From positions 1 to 56,298 of the IMG/VR virus record IMGVR_UViG_3300002026_000071: DNA of 56,298 bases, one strand, 5' to 3'. Of the stretch, positions 1 to 8,525 are shown one piece after another. The DNA comes from a virus. Lineage: Duplodnaviria > Caudoviricetes. The notes beneath the pieces were generated by a model. The model was not told the DNA's origin. It did not search any database and saw only the letters and a list, made by a program, of their open reading frames with translations. Made by a program: the position numbers and the translations under genes. The first letter of the stretch is position 1. Every line of letters starts with the position of its first letter.

Positions 1-255
1 AAGTTACGTCCTGTACAGTCATTAGCACCTGAACAAATCCGTGCTTTATGTTTCTTCTTTGCTACTGAACAAACCGCAATTACTGCAATTTTCATCCGTA
101 GCCTTATCGGACATGACGCATTTCAATCAGATAGCTTTAATTCTGCATCACAGTTAGTTGAAGTGCTGGAGTCAGCATTCCCATCAATAGAACAGACTAT
201 TAAAGTCGTACTATTAGCTCAAATGACTACAGATAACGCTGATGAACAGCATTAA
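1..255 (+). CDS. Partial hypothetical protein (5' end outside window)
   Basis: Frame 1 is open from base 1 (KLRPVQSLAPEQIRALCFFF...ADEQH) to TAA at 253-255, overlapping the thyX start. Confidence 0.6.
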   Translation, partial: KLRPVQSLAPEQIRALCFFFATEQTAITAIFIRSLIGHDAFQSDSFNSASQLVEVLESAFPSIEQTIKVVLLAQMTTDNADEQH

Positions 256-1009
256 AGTAACCTTACTTCATCATACACCACTACACATTGCGGCCGATGG
301 TGCTCGTACTTGTTGGGCTTCACAAGACAAATCTGATACTTCTGATTGTGTACATGACTTATTTCATTGGATGCATGATCAGATGTCGGATAATGAGTTT
401 GCCATTAAATGGGGAATAGAGCCCTCACTAAACGTAGAAATTGGTCCTAAAGACCTAGCTCTCATCGACCGCGTAGGTAATCAGTACCACCACGCCTCAA
501 TTCTCGAGCACATTTCATTCAATTTCTTCATTGACGGTATTTCACGTGCCTGCCTTCAGGAATTAGCTCGTCATCGTATCGCTTCACTATCAGTCAAATC
601 TACTCGCTATACCCTCAAAGAACTCAAGTCAGAAGAACCATTCACAGCGTATACAGACATGGACGATCAAGAGTACTACCCTAATGGTTATGAACGTGCA
701 GCTAAGTACCTCGTACTTACATCAAACCCTAAAGTCAATCGCATGTCTATCTTAGCACTTGATAACCTACGTGACTTACTTAACGAAGGCATCTCGAACG
801 ATCTGTGCAAGTACGCACTACCTGAAGCGTATCGTACTCAGCTTACCTGGTCAATTAATCTACGCTCTTTACAGAACTTCCTCTCACTGCGCACCTCACC
901 TAAAGCTTTACCAGAAATTCAGCATCTTGCTCGTCTTATCTACGAGGAATTACCACCTGATGCTCAATCACTAGTTCGACACTGCGTATATTCTAATGAC
1001 CTTCCTTGA
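242..1009 (+). CDS. thyX: FAD-dependent thymidylate synthase
   Basis: H-x-S-x-x-E-H (HASILEH) and ThyX motif RHRIASLSVKSTRY; N-terminal LLHHTPL..A...RTCW style typical of Campylobacterota ThyX. Confidence 0.96.
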   Translation: MNSIKVTLLHHTPLHIAADGARTCWASQDKSDTSDCVHDLFHWMHDQMSDNEFAIKWGIEPSLNVEIGPKDLALIDRVGNQYHHASILEHISFNFFIDGISRACLQELARHRIASLSVKSTRYTLKELKSEEPFTAYTDMDDQEYYPNGYERAAKYLVLTSNPKVNRMSILALDNLRDLLNEGISNDLCKYALPEAYRTQLTWSINLRSLQNFLSLRTSPKALPEIQHLARLIYEELPPDAQSLVRHCVYSNDLP

Positions 1010-1388
1010 ATGGCGTACAGCCCACACAGAGGCTATGTCCACTATCTTATCCAATTTACCACCAGATACAGACCCAGTAGCCTACTTCCAGCATTCCAAT
1101 ATGATTGTAGCTCAACCCAACTACTGTCCACTTTACCCAGGAAAATGCCATGACACCCAAGACCCTGCTTTCAACTGCTATTTCTGCGCTTGTCCTTTCT
1201 TTACTGCTAGTGACAATATTCCTCTATATACTTTACGAGGTAGTGATCACTTTAGCAGTTGCAGCATTGGCTCTAAGTTCGCTGACATCTTCACTGCTAA
1301 TAACGTTTCTCAGTGCGACTGCACACATTGTCTAGTACCTCACCGTACGTCATTCGTACGTAAATACCTTAAGGATTATCATGGCTAA
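996..1388 (+). CDS. Cysteine-rich small-domain (putative Zn-binding) protein
   Basis: YCPLY..KCH...FNCYFCACPFF...CS...CDCTHCLVPH pattern. Confidence 0.7.
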   Translation: MTFLEWRTAHTEAMSTILSNLPPDTDPVAYFQHSNMIVAQPNYCPLYPGKCHDTQDPAFNCYFCACPFFTASDNIPLYTLRGSDHFSSCSIGSKFADIFTANNVSQCDCTHCLVPHRTSFVRKYLKDYHG

Positions 1389-1578
1389 TTTTATTCTCAC
1401 TCATGACTGGATTATCACACTCATCGGTTTTATTATATTCAGTACACTATTCCTTACTATGAAGTATTGGCTAGTTTCAGACAAGACCTATGAGGCAGCG
1501 GCTTTTGCAGTTGTATTCTTTGCAGGTATAGGCTTTGTCACTGTACTTCGTGATCTCATCTTATGGATATGCAAATGA
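1381..1578 (+). CDS. Small two-TM membrane protein
   Basis: AAGGA RBS; two hydrophobic segments. Confidence 0.65.
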   Translation: MANFILTHDWIITLIGFIIFSTLFLTMKYWLVSDKTYEAAAFAVVFFAGIGFVTVLRDLILWICK

Positions 1579-2072
1579 CACTACGCATTCAACCTCTCAA
1601 CGAAAATTTCATCTTCCCTCGCTACGCAACAGATGGTGCAGGCTGCTTCGACATCTTTGCACCTCGCGCTTACACTCGAGACGACTGGTCTCCTACATTA
1701 GTTTGTCAAGACCGTTATCACGACTTCTCAGAGGACATCAAGGTAGGCTACTCACTAGAAATCCCACTAGGTTTCGCTGTACAGTGCCCTTATGAGTGGA
1801 CCTTCGACATCAACTCACGCTCAGGTCACGGACGTAAGTACCTTGCTACTTTAGCCAACTCCACAGGCATCATCGACTCTGACTATCGCAATGAAGTCAT
1901 AGTCATCCTACGTTCAGCCGTACCATTTAACATCCCACTAGATACTGCCTGCGCTCAAGGCTCACTAGTTTATCGCCCACCTGTCTATCTAGACATAGTA
2001 GATGCTCTCGACCCAGTCGAAGTTACTGCTACTTCTCGTAAAGACGGTTTCGGCTCTACCGACAAGGCTTAA
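1563..2072 (+). CDS. dut: Trimeric dUTPase
   Basis: Motifs AGCFDI, SRSG, GIIDSDYR, AQG, R..GFGSTD; true start may be 1569 or 1575. Confidence 0.93.
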   Translation: MDMQMTLRIQPLNENFIFPRYATDGAGCFDIFAPRAYTRDDWSPTLVCQDRYHDFSEDIKVGYSLEIPLGFAVQCPYEWTFDINSRSGHGRKYLATLANSTGIIDSDYRNEVIVILRSAVPFNIPLDTACAQGSLVYRPPVYLDIVDALDPVEVTATSRKDGFGSTDKA

Positions 2073-2074
2073 CT

Positions 2075-2275
2075 ATGCGTACTATCCCACCAATCGGTAA
2101 GTGTGAACACAATGTTCTACTTAACGAACGTTGCGTTCACTGTGAAACTCACCATATTTTCCCATCACCATCATTCCCTGCATCGTCCGTCACTCTAGCT
2201 GATATCGAACGTGCACTTAACGATACACACACCCTCATCAAAACCTACTTAAAGGATTCTAATGGCAAAGTCTAA
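2075..2275 (+). CDS. Small hypothetical protein with C-x-H/C-x2-C (possible Zn finger)
   Basis: CEH...CVHC; packed between neighbours. Confidence 0.55.
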   Translation: MRTIPPIGKCEHNVLLNERCVHCETHHIFPSPSFPASSVTLADIERALNDTHTLIKTYLKDSNGKV

Positions 2276-2738
2276 TCGCTCATTTACTCGCTTTTCTGCA
2301 CCATGTACATTCGCCACAGTTGATCGCATCTGTTCTACCATCAGTCGCAATCCTTACAACTTCAAGGCCGGTCACACCATGACTGCAGCTCGCTTAGTTC
2401 AACTATTCGGCTGGCTACTCCCTTTAACTACCATCAACACAACTAGCATCTCTATCAAAGACGGTCTTAACTTAGTCTCTCTACAAGCTAAAGCAAATGC
2501 AGTCCTAGCTGAACGAGGTGTTCGCCTCAAGTCTCAAGACTACTATCAGTACTTCACTGTTCAAGACATCCCATCAGTCACTAAAGAGATCGCTGTCTAC
2601 CAGTCAGTAGCTCAGTACAAAGACAAAGCTGGCAAAGTTTTACGCCAGGGCTTATCAGTCGGACGCAACAAATGGTCACTTCTCCGTTCAGCTGAGAAAG
2701 AACGACCAGCACTCCGTATCGCCAATCATCCGTTCTAG
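2262..2738 (+). CDS. Basic hypothetical protein
   Basis: AAGGA RBS, 158-aa ORF with phage-typical codon use. Confidence 0.7.
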   Translation: MAKSNRSFTRFSAPCTFATVDRICSTISRNPYNFKAGHTMTAARLVQLFGWLLPLTTINTTSISIKDGLNLVSLQAKANAVLAERGVRLKSQDYYQYFTVQDIPSVTKEIAVYQSVAQYKDKAGKVLRQGLSVGRNKWSLLRSAEKERPALRIANHPF

Positions 2739-2741
2739 CAT

Positions 2742-2757
2742 AAGGGGTTCGCCCCTT
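2742..2757 (+). terminator. Hairpin AAGGGG-TTCG-CCCCTT, possible weak terminator or processing site
   Basis: 6-bp stem with TTCG loop right after the stop at 2738; short U tract. Confidence 0.45.
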
Positions 2758-2769
2758 TAAGGAGTCTTT

Positions 2770-3066
2770 ATGCCCACTTACTACCTAGCTCGCTACCAAC
2801 TACCTAACTCTTCTATGTTCTACATGTTTAAGTTTGATATTGACAGCCGTTTAGTCGGCTTCAAAGAAACGAATGACCTTATCAACTTTACTGAAACTTG
2901 GCTACTTACCGCTACTAAATCACTACGTATACCGACTGTTAATTGTCGTAACTACCTAATCCAATGTCCATCAGATCTAGCTAAAGTCCCTGACTTAGTA
3001 GTAACTCAAATTCCTGATTTATCACGTAAGTCTTTAGCTTCCGTCTATCCAGAATACTTCATATAA
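2770..3066 (+). CDS. PE-tag family small protein (ends YPEYFI)
   Basis: AAGGAG RBS; shared C-terminal motif. Confidence 0.8.
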   Translation: MPTYYLARYQLPNSSMFYMFKFDIDSRLVGFKETNDLINFTETWLLTATKSLRIPTVNCRNYLIQCPSDLAKVPDLVVTQIPDLSRKSLASVYPEYFI

Positions 3067-3075
3067 GGACTACTC

Positions 3076-4356
3076 ATGTCAATTAACCGTCATTCGTTCG
3101 ACCAAGCTATTGCTAACATGTACAGTAGCCCTATCTATGCTAATTCCTACCTATTCTATGCTCACTTAATCGGTATGTGCCATGTTCACTTTGACAACGC
3201 CATGCAAGCACCTGCTGCAATCAACTTTACTCATGATCACTACAACCTATACATCAACTTAACTGGCATCGACATCCTCGACGAACAAGGCCAACCAGCT
3301 GTAGACGAGAACGGCAAGCCTATCCACATGCCAGGCTTCGACGACTTACCACTTGAGCAACGACTCGGTATCCTTAAGCACGAGATGCTACACATACTTA
3401 ACGGTCATATCGCCCGTAAAGAGGATCGCGATCACACCTTATTCAACTACGCTACTGACTGCGCCATCAACCAGTTTATTGATCGCCACCATTTACCTGA
3501 CAAATGTATCTTTCCAGACAATCTACTCCCTACTGGTACAGTACCGGAGAAGCTCACTGCCGAACAATACTACGAGCTTATCTACCAACAAGCTAAGAAG
3601 TCTCCTAAGTTTCTAGGCGGTAAAGGCTCTAGCAGCAATAAAGGCAAAGGCGAGTTACTCGATGACCATACTAAATGGGACGAGTCTGTCGGCGATGAGG
3701 AACTACGCAAGGACCTAACTAAAGACATGATCGAGAAAGCAGGCAACGCCACTGCTAAGTCTCGCGGTAACACCCCATCAGCTTTTAGTGACTGGCTCGA
3801 GCTCAACACTATCAAACGCGAAGTAGATTGGCGTCAAGTCCTACGCAATATCGTCGGCAACAAGCGCATCAATACTCGCAGGACTATTCAACGCCAAGAC
3901 CGTCGCTTACCTAACTTCGAATGGATCAAGGGCCGTACTAAAGACCGTCAGTTCGACCTCCTAGTTATAGCCGACGTATCTGGCTCTGTCGACGACGAGG
4001 CCTTCTTGCGCACTATGTCAGAAGTCCAGCAGATTTGTCGCCTTTACAACACACCAGTTAATCTAATCCAGGTAGATACTGAGCCTAGTTCACCAGAGAA
4101 GCTCACTGCACAAACTCGCAAGTTAGAGCGTAAGGCTTGTGGCGGTACATTCTTATCACCTGCCCTACAAATGGCTGCTGAGCACCGTCTCAACTACGAC
4201 GCTATCATTGTTACTACTGACGGCGAGCTATCAGAACGCGATGTCGAAGCTTTCCTTAACACCAACAAGAGGGTCATATGGCTTATCGAAAAAACGGGCA
4301 CAATAATGCCTGCTATGAAGTCTGGGCGAATGATCGCATGCAAGTTGAAGTCGTAG
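3076..4356 (+). CDS. Zincin-like metallopeptidase + vWA domain protein (DUF2201-type; N4 gp25-like)
   Basis: HEMLH...N.A.D..IN metallopeptidase signature; MIDAS DVSGS, GGT, TDG. Confidence 0.9.
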   Translation: MSINRHSFDQAIANMYSSPIYANSYLFYAHLIGMCHVHFDNAMQAPAAINFTHDHYNLYINLTGIDILDEQGQPAVDENGKPIHMPGFDDLPLEQRLGILKHEMLHILNGHIARKEDRDHTLFNYATDCAINQFIDRHHLPDKCIFPDNLLPTGTVPEKLTAEQYYELIYQQAKKSPKFLGGKGSSSNKGKGELLDDHTKWDESVGDEELRKDLTKDMIEKAGNATAKSRGNTPSAFSDWLELNTIKREVDWRQVLRNIVGNKRINTRRTIQRQDRRLPNFEWIKGRTKDRQFDLLVIADVSGSVDDEAFLRTMSEVQQICRLYNTPVNLIQVDTEPSSPEKLTAQTRKLERKACGGTFLSPALQMAAEHRLNYDAIIVTTDGELSERDVEAFLNTNKRVIWLIEKTGTIMPAMKSGRMIACKLKS

Positions 4357-4592
4357 CTCATCCAGCCATTCCACACGAAGACTTGCAGACATTCGTCTCT
4401 GCTCTATCTAGTGGTCATATCACACGCTTACGTCTCGACTATAGCCATCTTCACTACTATAATTGCGCTAGCGACTCTCATCCATGCTCAACCTGTCCAT
4501 TCGATGAGTTATGCTCCCACTACATTAAGCAACCGCAAACTGATCGACTTATTTCAGAAGTTCTTACCTATTTTCCTGAATTAAAGGTCTAA
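4338..4592 (+). CDS. PE-tag family Cys-cluster protein (ends FPELKV)
   Basis: C-x6-C-x2-C-x5-C; start uncertain (4278 or 4338). Confidence 0.7.
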   Translation: MQVEVVAHPAIPHEDLQTFVSALSSGHITRLRLDYSHLHYYNCASDSHPCSTCPFDELCSHYIKQPQTDRLISEVLTYFPELKV

Positions 4593-4594
4593 CT

Positions 4595-4807
4595 ATGGAA
4601 CCGCCTAAGCGAGTACTAGACGCATTCCTACTTGCTGTCTTAGGTAACTATGTAGAGATCTACTATGATCCTGACTTAGGCTATATGTTCGAATGCAGAG
4701 ATACTAATTGTAGTGCCTGCCCTTATTTGCACCACTGTAAAGAAGGCACCTACAATCCCACTATTGTCGAGTACGTACTTGCAAATCACCCTGAGGTATT
4801 ACTATGA
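4595..4807 (+). CDS. PE-tag family Cys-cluster protein (ends HPEVLL)
   Basis: CRDTNCSACPYLHHC; C-terminal motif. Confidence 0.8.
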   Translation: MEPPKRVLDAFLLAVLGNYVEIYYDPDLGYMFECRDTNCSACPYLHHCKEGTYNPTIVEYVLANHPEVLL

Positions 4808-5013
4808 AGTATCGCAGTATTAAGAAAGTCGCTTATGAAGCTATTGTTCAAGGGTTTGCCTATGGGTATGACGACGTACAGGGTATTTCTTGTAATATAG
4901 ATCATTACTGCGACGCCTGTCCAGCCTATAAGTATTGTGGCACTTGTTACGATACGCGATTTAGATTAGCTATTGCTACAATCTTCAAAGACCACTTAGA
5001 ACTAAGGATATAG
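4804..5013 (+). CDS. PE-tag family Cys-cluster protein (variant end HLELRI)
   Basis: CNIDHYCDACPAYKYC; ATGA overlap with upstream gene. Confidence 0.75.
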   Translation: MKYRSIKKVAYEAIVQGFAYGYDDVQGISCNIDHYCDACPAYKYCGTCYDTRFRLAIATIFKDHLELRI

Positions 5014-5015
5014 CG

Positions 5016-5267
5016 ATGACTGTATGCAATGATTATCAATTTCCCCTTTACGTCTATGATCTTGCAGCAGATCCTGACTTCTTTCCAGAGCCGTTCTCTT
5101 ACGTTATTCGCACTGAACATCGCGATAACGCCACTTTCTTACGTACTGCTTGCTATGACATCCCTTGTGAAGTATGCATTTTTACTACTGACTGCAAGAA
5201 AGGCATCAACCGTACTGAAACTCTCGGTGCTCTACTCAAAGAAAAGTTCCCTGAACTACTTATCTAA
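5016..5267 (+). CDS. PE-tag family Cys-cluster protein (ends FPELLI)
   Basis: CYDIPCEVCIFTTDC; AAGGA RBS. Confidence 0.8.
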   Translation: MTVCNDYQFPLYVYDLAADPDFFPEPFSYVIRTEHRDNATFLRTACYDIPCEVCIFTTDCKKGINRTETLGALLKEKFPELLI

Positions 5268-5275
5268 GGACTACT

Positions 5276-5587
5276 ATGCACAACTACGGCTTAACCATCA
5301 ATTCGTATAGCGGCTCTATCCCACGTTTAGTAGTCTCTAGTTCAGCTTCTACTACCCACAAAGCCGACTATTTATCCTCTACTATTGCGCCAGGTGTAAC
5401 CATTCCTTTACTTGAATCGTACATCCAGCCGTACGAACATCAGTACATCGCTGATCTTTACGCCAAGGAACGTGCCATTATTCAACAGCGTCAGCTCTAC
5501 ATGCAAGAGTTACGCCGCCTATTTAAGGCTCGCTGTCAGCCAGTCCTCGATAATCTGCCTCTTACGCATCCAGAGCTACTTATATGA
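5276..5587 (+). CDS. PE-tag family small protein (ends HPELLI)
   Basis: TAAGGA RBS; helical C-terminal half. Confidence 0.8.
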   Translation: MHNYGLTINSYSGSIPRLVVSSSASTTHKADYLSSTIAPGVTIPLLESYIQPYEHQYIADLYAKERAIIQQRQLYMQELRRLFKARCQPVLDNLPLTHPELLI

Positions 5588-5841
5588 TTGACTTTAAATG
5601 CTCAAATCCGGCAGATATTGCCGCTATTAACAGCACACTTAAGTCTACTGCTGTACCATTCAGCGCACACAAGCATGTGCCTGCTCTTTTTTGCTACAGC
5701 TCTGAACATGGCCATTGGTACTATGAAGTACTCAAAGTCCCAGCTCGCTTTCAAGCTTATGTAGACCATCTTATACCTCGCTATGACGCAGCTCCTCATG
5801 CTGTCGACATTTCATTTTACCACCCTGAATTACTAATTTAA
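5584..5841 (+). CDS. PE-tag family small protein (ends HPELLI)
   Basis: ATGA overlap; C-terminal motif. Confidence 0.8.
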   Translation: MIDFKCSNPADIAAINSTLKSTAVPFSAHKHVPALFCYSSEHGHWYYEVLKVPARFQAYVDHLIPRYDAAPHAVDISFYHPELLI

Positions 5842-5853
5842 CTAGGAGATCCT

Positions 5854-7146
5854 ATGACCATCAACGAATCAGTTCACTTCTTAACAGCTTGCGACTTAGC
5901 CAACAAGTCTCCACTTATCCAAGGCGTACATGGTCTAGGTAAATCAGAAATCATTCGCCAATATGCCGCTGAACACAACATGCACTGTGAGACTCTCATC
6001 CTCTCCCTTATGGACGTAGGTGACTTAATCGGTCTTCCACGCACTATCGAAGTTGGAGGCACTCTCACCACCACTTGGGCTAGTCCTGACTGGTTTCAGC
6101 GTGTAGTTAATGCCGCATATCCCACCACTATGTCTAGAGACCATCTCAAGTTCAACGATCCACTATTCGCTGACTTTGCGCTACCTCGTCTCTCTAGTTC
6201 AGTTGAGCGTGCTGAACTTAACGCCCTCTACTGCGAGTACACCGGCCAGTACAACGACCAGCTTTTACTCCTTACACAAAACTTAGTTACTTACACTAAA
6301 GGACGACGTTCAGTTGTATTTTTGGATGAGTTTAACCGCGCACCTGTAGACATCCTCAATGCCAGCTTACAGTTAGTACTCGACAAGCGCCTTCACTCGC
6401 ACATGTTACCTACTGTCAACGGTCTCCCAACATTCGTAGTTGCCGCTATCAACCCATCCGACGCCAACTACACTGTCAACACCTTCGATCCAGCTCTTCT
6501 CGACCGTTTTGTACATGCTGTTGTAGAGCCTGACGCATCAGCCTGGCTTGAAAACTACGCTCGCCCTAAGAACGTAGCTCCTGTCATTCGTGACTTCATA
6601 GCTGAGCACCCAAAGCGTATTCACTACACATCAGCCAATTCAGACATCGGTGCTACTCCACGCTCATGGGCAGCTCTATCTGACCTAGTTGCCAACTTCG
6701 ACAAAGTCCCACCAGAAATCCATTTTCAAGTAATCAAGGGCTGTATTGGCGCAGAGGTAGGCTCTCAATTCTACTCCTACTATAACAACTATGTCCACGT
6801 AGTTAAGATGGAGGATATAGAGAAGCTCATTACTACTCAAGCCAAGAAGAAGAACTCTACCGTCGAAACTATCGGTGCAGCTGTCTCTAAGCTTATCGAG
6901 AAGCAAGAGGCCTTACAAAAGACAGAGCTTGCAGAGAACTTCTACTCTAAGTACATCAAGTCACCTGACGCCGCTACTGCTGCACCACTTATCGCCTTCC
7001 TCTATGGTCTCGACTTAGAGATCCTCAATGGTTTCCTCAAAAACAAGAAGGACAGCGACGTTCAATCATACATGCGTTTAGCTGAATTCGACAAAGCCCT
7101 CAACGACAAAGGCCTCTTCAAGCGAGTTACTACTAAACTTTCATAA
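5854..7146 (+). CDS. MoxR-type AAA+ ATPase (N4 gp24-like)
   Basis: Walker A GVHGLGKS, Walker B VFLDEFNRA, sensor AAINP, DPALLDRF, TPRSW. Confidence 0.92.
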   Translation: MTINESVHFLTACDLANKSPLIQGVHGLGKSEIIRQYAAEHNMHCETLILSLMDVGDLIGLPRTIEVGGTLTTTWASPDWFQRVVNAAYPTTMSRDHLKFNDPLFADFALPRLSSSVERAELNALYCEYTGQYNDQLLLLTQNLVTYTKGRRSVVFLDEFNRAPVDILNASLQLVLDKRLHSHMLPTVNGLPTFVVAAINPSDANYTVNTFDPALLDRFVHAVVEPDASAWLENYARPKNVAPVIRDFIAEHPKRIHYTSANSDIGATPRSWAALSDLVANFDKVPPEIHFQVIKGCIGAEVGSQFYSYYNNYVHVVKMEDIEKLITTQAKKKNSTVETIGAAVSKLIEKQEALQKTELAENFYSKYIKSPDAATAAPLIAFLYGLDLEILNGFLKNKKDSDVQSYMRLAEFDKALNDKGLFKRVTTKLS

Positions 7147-7154
7147 GGACACTT

Positions 7155-7988
7155 ATGTTTATTCCTAGCGCATATCCGTCAAGTGGCCCATCTAACTTCT
7201 GCGCACCACTACAACTAACTAATCCACACGACTTAGTAACCAAATTATTAGGTAATGCTTGTGATTGGTTTATTGCTGGTGGTTGTATGTATGCTGATTA
7301 TACAGACGTCGATGTATTCTTCCCTACTGAAGAGGACTTCATTGTAGCTACTGCTGTAATGTCCAAAGACAGACCACCTCGTTGTACACTCAACGCAGAC
7401 ACATATTCCTTTGACTACCCTGCTCCTGAAGTCCAATTAATCAAGCGTCACTTCGGCACTCCACTACAAATCCTAGCCGATTTTGACCTCAATAAGTCTG
7501 CATATGCCATCGACTCTCATGGCAAGCACTACTACAGTCCTGACTTTACTTTACCCCTTTGCATACGTCCAGCCGGCTTTCGTAACTCAACTATGAGTCG
7601 TTTTTGGAAGTATGCCGTTCGCAAGCGTTGCACAACTACTTCAGACAGCATCAAGCAAATGTACGCAATTGCTTATGCTAGTCTAGACACAGTCCTCGAT
7701 GAGTATTACCAGCACAACAACGTTCCTGTACCATACGACTATCGCGAGTTTCGCACTATTGTCCCATCATACATCGGCTTTACTCCATTCCTCGAGTGGC
7801 TTTCTACTCATCCTTCTACTGAACAGCTCATCATACTATCTAAGATTTTTCAGTATAACGAGCATTTTGTACCACTGGAATCAATGTCATTATCGCAGCA
7901 ATTCTTCTTTGCCACGACTCTACAGCGCTCCTACTACTCTACTATTCCACTACAAATCTACTCTACTATACCGGAGGCCTTCTTATGA
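7155..7988 (+). CDS. Nucleotidyltransferase-fold protein with PE tag (ends IPEAFL)
   Basis: IAGGC...DVDVFF, VQLI...FD pattern of the Pol-beta/CCA-like NTase fold. Confidence 0.7.
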   Translation: MFIPSAYPSSGPSNFCAPLQLTNPHDLVTKLLGNACDWFIAGGCMYADYTDVDVFFPTEEDFIVATAVMSKDRPPRCTLNADTYSFDYPAPEVQLIKRHFGTPLQILADFDLNKSAYAIDSHGKHYYSPDFTLPLCIRPAGFRNSTMSRFWKYAVRKRCTTTSDSIKQMYAIAYASLDTVLDEYYQHNNVPVPYDYREFRTIVPSYIGFTPFLEWLSTHPSTEQLIILSKIFQYNEHFVPLESMSLSQQFFFATTLQRSYYSTIPLQIYSTIPEAFL

Positions 7989-8260
7989 TGCTCGATATTC
8001 TCAGACGACCTATCAAAGTAGGTGACTCAGTAGTAGTACCTGGCTATAATTCAATCCGCCTCGACACTGTCGCAACTATCATTAAGGTCAACCGTCTTAC
8101 TTGCACAGTAGAGCTTTCTGCTCATCGTTGGCGTAGAGAGAACGGCCAATGGATTTCTTACCGTGAGCCTGCTCTAATGCGCCGTCGTCCAACTCAGATT
8201 ATGGTTGCAGATGCACAGTTAGCCGATAACCGTTCTACTTACCCAGAAACACAGTTATGA
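7985..8260 (+). CDS. SH3/KOW-like small protein with PE tag (ends YPETQL)
   Basis: D...R.IKVGD.V pattern; ATGA overlap. Confidence 0.7.
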   Translation: MMLDILRRPIKVGDSVVVPGYNSIRLDTVATIIKVNRLTCTVELSAHRWRRENGQWISYREPALMRRRPTQIMVADAQLADNRSTYPETQL

Positions 8261-8517
8261 TTCATTTACTCCAATTTACACCAACCTCCTACTGTACTTA
8301 CGACGATGTCACTAATAGTTCTGGTGGCAACTACGCCACCGCTGCACATTCCCTCAAAATATTTACTAGATCAAATACGCCAATTACTCGAGTCAATTCA
8401 CTTGAAGACTACATACATACCATCATAGCTGCTAATGGATATACACAACTATTAGCCCATTACACCGCGTCTAACATAGACGATTTTCTATTACTATACC
8501 CTGAATTATTCATCTAA
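8257..8517 (+). CDS. PE-tag family small protein (ends YPELFI)
   Basis: ATGA overlap; C-terminal motif. Confidence 0.8.
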   Translation: MIHLLQFTPTSYCTYDDVTNSSGGNYATAAHSLKIFTRSNTPITRVNSLEDYIHTIIAANGYTQLLAHYTASNIDDFLLLYPELFI

Positions 8518-8525
8518 GGATTCAC

